A stretch of DNA of 64,000 nt from Acidimicrobiia bacterium (lineage in GTDB: Bacteria; Actinomycetota; Acidimicrobiia; Spongiisociales; Spongiisociaceae): positions 2,503,587 to 2,567,586 of the forward strand of contig OY760694.1 of assembly GCA_963663955.1 (NCBI GenBank), read 5' to 3'. Positions 32,503-40,489 of this stretch are shown in pieces (positions within the stretch are counted from its first letter, which is position 1; the number at the start of each line of letters is the position of its first letter). Under the pieces are notes generated by a model. That model was not told where the DNA came from. It was given only the letters and a program-made list of their open reading frames with translations, and did not search any database. Position numbers and translations under genes: made by a program.

Positions 32503-33216
32503 CTACCGAGCGGCAGTCGGCTCGGCGCCGGTTGATGATGTAGGCATCGTTCGGCGGGCCCCCACCGCGATACGAAATCCGGCCCAGATGAGGGTCGCCG
32601 CCACCAGTAGGGAAGCGGAGAATCCCCAGTCGATCCCGAAGGCCAGAATGGTCCCTCCGGTAGAAGCCGCCAGCGTACCGGCCACGATGACAACGTTCCC
32701 GAGAACCAACCGCCGGTTCCGGTTCCAGAAACGCACCGCCGACACCAGCGCCAGCACGATGATGATGGTGGCGCCCATTCCGCCCCCGATAGCGGCCCAC
32801 AAACGGGGTCCGAACATCTCCGCCCACAACTCCCGCCCGCCCGGCACCCCGTCCGGCGGGAGCGGAGCGAAGTCGAAGGGCTGCGCCACTGTCATCGGTA
32901 TTGCGATAGCGAAGAAGGGAAAAAGTAGCAACAGCATGAGGTGGCCGGCCCGTTTGCCCACTACTAGAAACATCGAACCCAGCGCAAGTACCGGAATATT
33001 GACGATGGCGCCGAAAAGGAAGAACGCTCGGTAACTCGCCGAGGTCCAGCCGGTGGCCGCCCCGATAAACAGCGCCCAGGTGGCGAGCGCAAAGAACCCT
33101 ACCCCGGCTGCATAGGAGGCTGTATGGGGCCGCGGTGACCCCCGATACCTCGAAACCAGGTCGGCAAAGAAGAGGGTGGCGACCAGCGCCGCCGCGAGAG
33201 CCACTGTCACTCTCAT
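32503..33216 (-). CDS. Integral membrane protein (hypothetical)
   Basis: Strongly hydrophobic 237-aa frame. The overlapping 287-aa frame is rejected. Confidence 0.5.
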   Translation of the reverse strand: MRVTVALAAALVATLFFADLVSRYRGSPRPHTASYAAGVGFFALATWALFIGAATGWTSASYRAFFLFGAIVNIPVLALGSMFLVVGKRAGHLMLLLLFPFFAIAIPMTVAQPFDFAPLPPDGVPGGRELWAEMFGPRLWAAIGGGMGATIIIVLALVSAVRFWNRNRRLVLGNVVIVAGTLAASTGGTILAFGIDWGFSASLLVAATLIWAGFRIAVGARRTMPTSSTGAEPTAAR

Positions 33217-33302
33217 TGGTGTTCATGGTAGGCGTACGAGTCCTGCGGAGTTATCTTCCGGCAGTTAGGTCGCATCGTTCCGACTCCGGTACCCTTGGCG
33301 AT

Positions 33303-34940
33303 ATGAACCGACACATCCTCGTATCCGTCGCATGGCCTTACGCATCAGGATCCCGCCACCTCGGGCACCTGGCCGGCGCCTACCTACCCGCAGACATCTT
33401 CGCCCGATACCACCGGCTAGTCGGCGACCGCGTCTTGATGGTGTCGGGTAGCGACGTATACGGCACGCCCATAACGGTCCGAGCCGACCAGGAAGGCGTA
33501 ACCCCCCAGGAAATCGTGGATCGCTACCACGCCGAGTTCGTGTCCAACTGGAAGGACCTGGCGATTCAGTGGGAACTGTTCACCATGACCGGGACGCGCA
33601 ACCACCACGAGGTGACCCGGGACATCTTCCGGACCCTACACGAGAACGGCTACATAGACCGGCGTACCTCCGAACAGTTTTACGATCCCGAATCCAGGCG
33701 CTTCCTCCCTGACCGGTACGTGGAGGGAACCTGTCCGCACTGCTCCTACGGAGAGGCCAGGGGTGACCAGTGCGACAGTTGTGGCCGGACCCTCGATCCG
33801 ATAGACCTTATCGACGCCCGCTCCAAGCTATCCGGCGCCACCCCTGTCAGCCGGAAAACCGACCACTTCTACCTGAAGCTTCCCGACTTTTCCGACCGGT
33901 TGGAGAAGTGGCTTCGGTCACGGCAGGGATGGCGCAAGCACGTCCTCAACTTCTCGCTCGGCTGGATAGAGGAAGGCCTGCAGGACCGGGCCATTACCAG
34001 AGACATCGACTGGGGAGTTGACATACCGGTCGAAGGGCTCGGGCCGGGCAAGAAGATATACGTGTGGTTCGATGCGGTGATCGGCTACCTGTCGGCATCC
34101 AAGGAATGGTCGCTTATCCGAGGGGAGCCGGACGCTTGGAAAGACTGGTGGCAGAACCCCAAGGCCGAGCACTACTACTTTATCGGTAAGGACAACATCC
34201 CGTTCCACACCATCATCTGGCCTGCCATGCTGCTCGGCTACGGAGGTTTGGAACTGCCCACCAATGTGCCCGCCAACCAGTACGTGACCTTCCGGGGAGG
34301 CAAAGCATCCGCAAGTAGAGGGATCGGCCTCACCATCGACGGCGCGCTGGAGATATATGAAGTGGATTCACTTCGTTACGCTCTGGCGGCCAACCTGCCG
34401 GAGAGCAGCGACACCGAAATGACCGAGGAAGAGATCGACCGCCGCATCAACGACGAGTTGGTCGCCACCTGGGGCAACCTGGTCAACCGGGTGCTTTCGA
34501 TGACCCGATCCAACTTCGATGGCGAGGTTCCGGAACGAGGACCGGAACATCCCGAGGACGCTGCCGTCCGGACCGCAGCGGACCGGTTGCTCGACCGGGT
34601 GGGTGACCGGATCGAAAGGGTAGAGCTCCGGGCCGGACTCCGGATAGCCATGGAGATGGCCGGACAACTCAACGCCTACCTAAACGCAACCGAGCCGTGG
34701 AAGACGGCCAAAATAGATCCGGCCAGGACTGCCACGGTACTCAAAACCTGCCTGGACGCCATCAACAACCTGAAGGTAGCCTTAGCCCCCTACCTCCCCA
34801 TCACCACGAACCGACTCCACTCCATGCTGGGCCTCTCCGGACCCCTCACCGAGCAGGGTTGGGTAGGTCAACCGGTGCCTGCCGGAACCAGATTGGGCGC
34901 CGTCAAACCGTTGTATCGTAAGGTTGAGAAACGCGACTAA
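33303..34940 (+). CDS. metG: Methionine--tRNA ligase
   Basis: HIGH-like PYASGSRHLGHLAG. Zinc knuckle CPHCSYGEARGDQCDSCG. KMSKS-like FRGGKASASRG. Anticodon-binding helical domain. Confidence 0.85.
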   Translation: MNRHILVSVAWPYASGSRHLGHLAGAYLPADIFARYHRLVGDRVLMVSGSDVYGTPITVRADQEGVTPQEIVDRYHAEFVSNWKDLAIQWELFTMTGTRNHHEVTRDIFRTLHENGYIDRRTSEQFYDPESRRFLPDRYVEGTCPHCSYGEARGDQCDSCGRTLDPIDLIDARSKLSGATPVSRKTDHFYLKLPDFSDRLEKWLRSRQGWRKHVLNFSLGWIEEGLQDRAITRDIDWGVDIPVEGLGPGKKIYVWFDAVIGYLSASKEWSLIRGEPDAWKDWWQNPKAEHYYFIGKDNIPFHTIIWPAMLLGYGGLELPTNVPANQYVTFRGGKASASRGIGLTIDGALEIYEVDSLRYALAANLPESSDTEMTEEEIDRRINDELVATWGNLVNRVLSMTRSNFDGEVPERGPEHPEDAAVRTAADRLLDRVGDRIERVELRAGLRIAMEMAGQLNAYLNATEPWKTAKIDPARTATVLKTCLDAINNLKVALAPYLPITTNRLHSMLGLSGPLTEQGWVGQPVPAGTRLGAVKPLYRKVEKRD

Positions 34941-34994
34941 CGAACTCGAAAGAAACGGCGGACGACCAGTGACGGTTTCGACTATATCCTGCTG

Positions 34995-35282
34995 GTGTCA
35001 CGGGCTATGACCGTGCTCCGCAACCTTCGCCGGATGCTCGTGGCGGTCGGCGGCGCCTTCTTGGTTCTCCTGGGCATACTGGGAACCGCCCTTCCGGTCA
35101 TACCGGGAATGGTGTTCCTCGGGGCGGGATTGCTCCTCTGGTCCACCGAGTTCCCATGGGCGAAGCGCCTTCTCTCCAGACTCAGGCAATGGATGAAGGA
35201 TCGTCAGGACCGAGTTAGGAAAACCGGAAGGCTAGAGTTCGGATCAGGATCGGATGTTACCGGAGAGGAGGAAGGTGGCTAG
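34995..35282 (+). CDS. Small PGPGW-type transmembrane protein
   Basis: LPVIPGMVFLGAGLLLWSTEFPWAKRLL. Confidence 0.5.
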   Translation: MSRAMTVLRNLRRMLVAVGGAFLVLLGILGTALPVIPGMVFLGAGLLLWSTEFPWAKRLLSRLRQWMKDRQDRVRKTGRLEFGSGSDVTGEEEGG

Positions 35283-36216
35283 TCAACGGAGACCAAGCCG
35301 CTCCGAGTCACCGATCATCGAAACCGCCGGTCTGTACAAGCACTACGGTAAGGTCAGAGCACTCGAGCAAATCGACCTGCAAGTTCCCCCCGGCGTGACC
35401 GGCCTGATCGGAGCCAACGGCGCCGGCAAGACCACCCTGATAAGGCTCCTGCTTGGTCTGATCCCGCCCACCTACGGCGAGGTATCGGTATTCGGTACGC
35501 CGGTAGCCGACGATCCCGCCGCGCTGCGGGCCCGCATGGGCTACATGCCCGAGGGGAAGTGCCTCCCCCTAGACCAGACAGCCGCCGATTTCGTAGCCTA
35601 TGCGGCGGAGTTGGCCGGTATACCCTCCTCCGAATCCCGGCGGCGCGCTTCGGAAACCCTCTTCCTCGTCGGCCTCCACGAAGAACGGTTCCGCTACCTG
35701 GGGGACTTCTCCACCGGTATGCAGCAACGGGTCAAACTCGCCCAGAGCATCGTCCACGATCCGGACTTGGTGCTTCTCGACGAACCTGCGTCTGGCCTCG
35801 ACCCGGAGGGAAGGGATCAGATGCTGGAACTGATCGGTCGTTTCGGACGGTTCGAAATGAACGTGCTGTTCTCGACTCATATCCTCGACGACATCGAGCG
35901 AACCTGTGACCAGGTGGTCATGCTGGACGACGGACGGTTGATCCACGCCGGACCGCTCGAACCCCCCGGTAAAGACGACCACATTTCGGTAGAGGTGTTC
36001 GGCGATCCGATTCCCCTGGTGACCGCCTTACGCGGCCAGGGCGCCGACGTAACGGTAGACAATCGGGTTCTTATGGTCTCAAGCCGCTCCGGTGACGTGT
36101 TCCTACTGCTCAGGGAGGCTATGGAGAGTTCCGATGCATCGGTCCGGAGACTGGGCACCAGCCTGAGCCGCTTGGAAGACGTACTCTTGGCAGCCGCGCG
36201 AGAAGCGAATGGCTGA
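35254..36216 (+). CDS. ABC transporter ATP-binding protein
   Basis: Walker A GANGAGKTTL, signature FSTGMQQRV, Walker B LVLLDEPASGLD. Confidence 0.85.
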   Translation: MLPERRKVASQRRPSRSESPIIETAGLYKHYGKVRALEQIDLQVPPGVTGLIGANGAGKTTLIRLLLGLIPPTYGEVSVFGTPVADDPAALRARMGYMPEGKCLPLDQTAADFVAYAAELAGIPSSESRRRASETLFLVGLHEERFRYLGDFSTGMQQRVKLAQSIVHDPDLVLLDEPASGLDPEGRDQMLELIGRFGRFEMNVLFSTHILDDIERTCDQVVMLDDGRLIHAGPLEPPGKDDHISVEVFGDPIPLVTALRGQGADVTVDNRVLMVSSRSGDVFLLLREAMESSDASVRRLGTSLSRLEDVLLAAAREANG

Positions 36217-37135
36217 CCTACCCCCGGCCGACGCTCGTGAAGAAGCGATCATCGTCGATCGCGGCTACCGCCACTTCGAGGGGACCCGAACGGGTAGGCG
36301 GGGCGCCATCCGGGCCATCATGCGGGATGGGTTCCGGAGAGTGACCGGTCTCCGCCGCAAGGCGCGAAGAAAGTTGCTGCCCTGGACACTGATAGCGCTG
36401 GCGCTGGCTTCGGTTGTCATCCTGATAACCATTGCATGGTTCGAGTCGCAACTCCCCACGCCGGACACCGCTGCGGAATTGGTGCCCCGATATCGCGGTT
36501 ACTTCGACTTCATCTCGGTGGTGGCCCTTCTGTTTGCCGCCTACGCGGGCGCCCAACTACTGGTACCCGATAGGTCCTACGGGGTTCTCAACGTCTACTT
36601 CTCCCGACCCCTCTCCTTGCGGGACTATCTCGTGGCCAAACTCCTGGCCTACGCGGCCGTGATCCTCAGCTTCTGGCTGGTCCCCCAGGCTCTGCTCCAT
36701 TTGGGATTGGCGACCCTCTCCCAGGATGGATTCCTCTCCTACCTCGGAGAAACCACCGACATCCTGTGGAGGGTCCCACTTGCCGCCTTGGTCTATTTCG
36801 TCCTTCACGCCTCGCTGATTTTCGTGGCAGCTTCCTTTATCAACCGGGTGGGCGGCGCCGCATCAGCCTTCCTGGCCGGCTCATTGGGACTCAACCTGGT
36901 AGCAGTTTTCTTCCAGGAGGCGATCGAGGAGACAACCGGAACCCGATGGACGGCGTTGCTTGCCACCGAACAGCACCCTCGATACGTAAGAGACTGGATC
37001 TTCGGGGTCCACGAAGGCGCGGAATGGATACCGGCTCAGGCCGGATTCGGACCGGAGGTGTCCCTTGGCGTGGTGATCGGACTGGCGGTGGTGAGCGTGA
37101 TACTGGTCGGCTGGCGCTACCGGAGGCTGACATGA
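36209..37135 (+). CDS. ABC-2-type transporter permease (hypothetical)
   Basis: Polytopic membrane protein. Translationally coupled to the flanking ATPase genes (ATGA overlap at 37132). Confidence 0.55.
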   Translation: MADLPPADAREEAIIVDRGYRHFEGTRTGRRGAIRAIMRDGFRRVTGLRRKARRKLLPWTLIALALASVVILITIAWFESQLPTPDTAAELVPRYRGYFDFISVVALLFAAYAGAQLLVPDRSYGVLNVYFSRPLSLRDYLVAKLLAYAAVILSFWLVPQALLHLGLATLSQDGFLSYLGETTDILWRVPLAALVYFVLHASLIFVAASFINRVGGAASAFLAGSLGLNLVAVFFQEAIEETTGTRWTALLATEQHPRYVRDWIFGVHEGAEWIPAQAGFGPEVSLGVVIGLAVVSVILVGWRYRRLT

Positions 37136-38082
37136 CCGGCAATAAACAGACCGTCGACGCCCTCCATGTCGGTAACGCCACCGTCGTAGCGACCAAACTA
37201 TCGAAATGGTACGGCCCCAAAGTGGCGGTGTCGGAGATGGACTGCTCGTTCGGACCCGGGGTCACCGGGTTGTTAGGCCCCAACGGAGCGGGCAAGACCA
37301 CATTCCTGAGGGTGGCGGCCGGGCTCCTGGCGCCCTCGTCGGGGCAGGTTACGATTCTTGATCGATCACCCAGGAAGAAACCCGACGTGTACCGCGACGT
37401 AGGGTTCGTTCCGGAGGACGAAGCGGTTTACGACCATATGACGGCCCGCCGTTTTGTGAGTTGGAGCGCTGCTCTGTCCGGCACGGGTAACCCGGCGGAA
37501 GATGCAAACCGGGCGCTGGAAACGGTCCGCCTCACCAAGGAAGCGGATCGAACTCTGGCAACCTATTCGAAGGGTATGAGACAGCGTGCCAAGGTCGCCG
37601 CCGCTCTCGTACATGACCCGGCGGTACTGCTTCTTGACGAACCGCTGAACGGGGCGGATCCGCTGCAGCGGGCTCGCTTGATCGATCTGTTCCTGGACCT
37701 CGGACAACAAGGTCGCACCATCATCGTCTCTTCCCATGTTCTCGCCGAGGTTGAGCGCATGGCCGGAAGGGTGGTGGCCATGGTCGATGGACGGGTGGCG
37801 GCTGCCGGGACGGTGGCAGCCCTTAGGGATGCGATGTCCGATACGCCGCGGCTGATCAAAATCGACACCGACCGGCCTCGTCCGCTGGCGCGGGAGTTGC
37901 TGGTAGGGGACTGGGTGGAAGCGGTGCGAGTGACTTCGGAGAGCATCGAGGTCAGGACCAACGACGCTCTCTCCTTAGGTCGCCATATTGCCGTCGCGGC
38001 CCGGAAGTCCGATGCGAGGATCACCTCCGTATCTCCCGAGGACGATTCGCTGGACAGCGTGTTCCGCTACCTCGTGAATTGA
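37132..38082 (+). CDS. ABC transporter ATP-binding protein (second copy)
   Basis: Walker A GPNGAGKTTFL, signature YSKGMRQRA, Walker B LLLDEPLNGAD. True start MTGNKQ... at 37132; the upstream part of ORF 36766.. is an artefact. Confidence 0.85.
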   Translation: MTGNKQTVDALHVGNATVVATKLSKWYGPKVAVSEMDCSFGPGVTGLLGPNGAGKTTFLRVAAGLLAPSSGQVTILDRSPRKKPDVYRDVGFVPEDEAVYDHMTARRFVSWSAALSGTGNPAEDANRALETVRLTKEADRTLATYSKGMRQRAKVAAALVHDPAVLLLDEPLNGADPLQRARLIDLFLDLGQQGRTIIVSSHVLAEVERMAGRVVAMVDGRVAAAGTVAALRDAMSDTPRLIKIDTDRPRPLARELLVGDWVEAVRVTSESIEVRTNDALSLGRHIAVAARKSDARITSVSPEDDSLDSVFRYLVN

Positions 38083-38849
38083 TGCATATGAGATCTCTCC
38101 TGCTGATAATCGGATCCATAACCGGTCGGTTAATGAACCTCCGGCGTTCGATCGCCATGTTCTTGCTGGCGGCTGCCCCGACGCCGCTGATCATCATGAT
38201 CGGGTTGGGCCGACCAGAGCACTTCATAACCGAGAGGTACAACGAAATCACGGCCACCCTGGGAATCGCAATCCTCTACCCGGTGGTCGCCCTCGTAATC
38301 TCGACCGCCGCTCTCGGAGAGGAACGAAAAGCCCACACCCTCCCCTTCCTGCTCCTGAAACCGGTATCGAGGTGGGTAATCGCCCTGGGCGGATTGACAG
38401 CTGCGGCGGTTTCCTCCTTCGTAATACTGGAAGCCGGTGTCATAACGACGTGGGTGACCACCGGTGTAATGACCGGCGATTGGTCCCTAGGAGCTTCTAC
38501 CACTGTCGCGGTAGCCATCCAGAGTGTGGCTTCGGCAGCTCTGTTCGTCCCTCTCGGCCTGATTCTCAACCGGGCTACGTTGGTGGGGCTCGGCTACCTG
38601 TTTCTCTGGGAGGGAATACTCGCCGGGTTGATATCAGGAATCCAGGCTTCTTCGGTCTACCGGATCGTTCTCTCCGCCTGGGCAGACCTAGCCGATATGA
38701 GCCCCGATACCTACGACGGGGTGGCCTTCGCCCTAGGCCGGGTAGCCACCGGTACCGGAGGCGCAGTCGCCAAGGTTCTGGTTATGGCTTTGGCGTCGGT
38801 CGTCCTTACCGGAATGGTGCTACGCAACCGAGACCTGGTCGGCGAGTAA
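38079..38849 (+). CDS. ABC-2-type transporter permease (second copy)
   Basis: Polytopic membrane protein. Overlapping start/stop with the ATPase gene. Confidence 0.55.
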   Translation: MMHMRSLLLIIGSITGRLMNLRRSIAMFLLAAAPTPLIIMIGLGRPEHFITERYNEITATLGIAILYPVVALVISTAALGEERKAHTLPFLLLKPVSRWVIALGGLTAAAVSSFVILEAGVITTWVTTGVMTGDWSLGASTTVAVAIQSVASAALFVPLGLILNRATLVGLGYLFLWEGILAGLISGIQASSVYRIVLSAWADLADMSPDTYDGVAFALGRVATGTGGAVAKVLVMALASVVLTGMVLRNRDLVGE

Positions 38850-38886
38850 CGCCGACCGGTCCCTGGTCAGATTGTTTCGGGATGGG

Positions 38887-39303
38887 TCAGGAAGGCGGGT
38901 AGAGACCCACGTTGGCCGACTCGTCGGTCTGCCAGAACACGTCGGCAATGGCGTTGATCTGGGCGATCAGATCCTCGGCCACGCCCGGATCGGTCGACTT
39001 CTTGGCGTCTCCCGCAGTCTTGATAGCGTTCCAGAACATGCCGTGCAGCTCGGGGAACCTCTCGAGATGGTGTGGCTTGAAAAAGTCCGTCCACAGGACG
39101 GAAAGGTGATGCTTCACCAACTCCGCCTGTGACTCCTTAACCGAGATGCAGCGCGACCGGAAAACCTCGTCATCACTACCGTGGTACTTCTTGGCTGCCT
39201 GGAGTACCGACTCGGCCTCGATGCGGGCTTGGGCAGGGTCGTACACCCCGCAGAACAGATCGCAGTGGGCGTGAGCCACCTTCAACGGCTTGAGAATCCC
39301 CAT
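38887..39303 (-). CDS. sodN: Nickel-containing superoxide dismutase precursor
   Basis: Leader MGILKPLKVAHA followed by the Ni-hook HCDLFCGVYDPAQA at the mature N-terminus. About 138 aa. Confidence 0.85.
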   Translation of the reverse strand: MGILKPLKVAHAHCDLFCGVYDPAQARIEAESVLQAAKKYHGSDDEVFRSRCISVKESQAELVKHHLSVLWTDFFKPHHLERFPELHGMFWNAIKTAGDAKKSTDPGVAEDLIAQINAIADVFWQTDESANVGLYPPS

Positions 39304-39468
39304 CTATGGTCTCCTTCGGGATTAGCTTCGCGTACCGGGTTCAGAATACACTCACCACCGCCCGCCGCAGACGTCGGTCGACGCCTGTCCTAACATCCGC
39401 ACGGAGCCCACACCATCATCGCTGCATCAGCGCCATTCGCCCGGCCCGGAAAACGCTTCGACCGCTTC

Positions 39469-39873
39469 GTGGTGATTGACCACTCGATGACACCCCTCCT
39501 TGCACCGGGCGACCATCTGATCACCCGTCTGCTAAGACCCGGCTTCCTTCCCCTCCGTGGGAACCTGGTGATATACCGCGACGATGACCGCTACCTGATC
39601 AAACGGGTAATCGGTCTCCCGGGGGAAAGCGTCACGATAGACGGTGGGATACTCTTGATCGACGGCCAGACCTTCTCCGAACCGTGGTGGTCCGCGGCCA
39701 CCCGCCCCGACGGGATCTGGACGATTCCGGCAGACTCCTGGTTCGTGTTGGGCGACAATCGCCCCCACTCCCACTCGGATAGCCGCTCAACCGGCCCGGT
39801 TCGAACCGGCGACCTCCACTCTGTCGCCGTCGCCCGTTACCGTCCGATCAAACGAATCCGTCGCCTCCGGTAA
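39469..39873 (+). CDS. sodX: Ni-SOD maturation peptidase (signal peptidase I / S26 family, SodX)
   Basis: S26 fold motifs RVIGLPGESV, WFVLGDNRPHSHSDSR. Adjacent and divergent to sodN, as is typical. Confidence 0.75.
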   Translation: MVIDHSMTPLLAPGDHLITRLLRPGFLPLRGNLVIYRDDDRYLIKRVIGLPGESVTIDGGILLIDGQTFSEPWWSAATRPDGIWTIPADSWFVLGDNRPHSHSDSRSTGPVRTGDLHSVAVARYRPIKRIRRLR

Positions 39874-39916
39874 GCCCCTGACCCCTCACTCAAACGATCA
39901 TCCACTCTCCCGTAGC

Positions 39917-40420
39917 TTGGGGGAAGCGGCAACCGGCTCCGCCTCACCGTTCGCACCTATCACACACGATCGCTATATTGTTACCGTGACAATTGGCAGA
40001 CAGACTTTCCCCGACTCTGACGACGACGTATTTGCCTTCTCCGACGACGAATGGGATTTGGATAATCCGTTCGGGGATTACGATGGGGATGCGTACCCCC
40101 CAGCCGCGGGGAACCACCTTGGGTCCCTCAGTGGCGGCTTCGTCCCGATACTGCTAGTACTGATCTCGTTCGTCGCCCTGATCGGCGCGGCGGCATTCAC
40201 CGTTCGCGACGTACAGGCCGAACAGGCGGTCTCCGGAAGCGGGTTCGTATCGGCGTTAGGGGCATACATTTTCGCCGCCGCCGCCGACACCGGCAACCGG
40301 CGCAGCAAGGAGATGAGAGAGATTCCCGGCCGCATGGGGTTTGCGGTTTTCTTACGGTGGATCGCGCCCTTAGTCGCCCTCGCGGTGGCCATCCTCGCCG
40401 CCCACGGAGCGGCCCTTTGA
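39917..40420 (+). CDS. Hypothetical membrane protein
   Basis: Two hydrophobic segments (GFVPILLVLISFVALIGAAAF and FAVFLRWIAPLVALAVAIL). Acidic N-terminal region. Start uncertain. Confidence 0.3.
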   Translation: MGEAATGSASPFAPITHDRYIVTVTIGRQTFPDSDDDVFAFSDDEWDLDNPFGDYDGDAYPPAAGNHLGSLSGGFVPILLVLISFVALIGAAAFTVRDVQAEQAVSGSGFVSALGAYIFAAAADTGNRRSKEMREIPGRMGFAVFLRWIAPLVALAVAILAAHGAAL

Positions 40421-40438
40421 GGATCTTCTTCGATAGCA

Positions 40439-40448
40439 GGGGGGGGGG
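40439..40448. repeat. Homopolymeric G10 tract in the intergenic region upstream of the VWA operon
   Basis: GGGGGGGGGG at 40439-40448, 42 nt upstream of the start at 40490. Confidence 0.9.
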
Positions 40449-40489
40449 AAGGCCCTTGGAACGAGTCGGCGCCAACAGGTACCGCGGCC

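Noticed and set aside
32363-33226. 287-aa minus-strand ORF overlapping a 237-aa ORF in another frame
   Set aside because: The 287-aa frame is Arg/Gly/Pro-rich with no motifs. The 237-aa frame (32503..33216) encodes a coherent polytopic membrane protein, so only that one is kept.
36766-37131. Long upstream extension of the second ABC ATPase ORF (36766..38082)
   Set aside because: The extension overlaps the permease gene and is low complexity. The conserved ATPase starts at MTGNKQ (37132) with an ATGA overlap.
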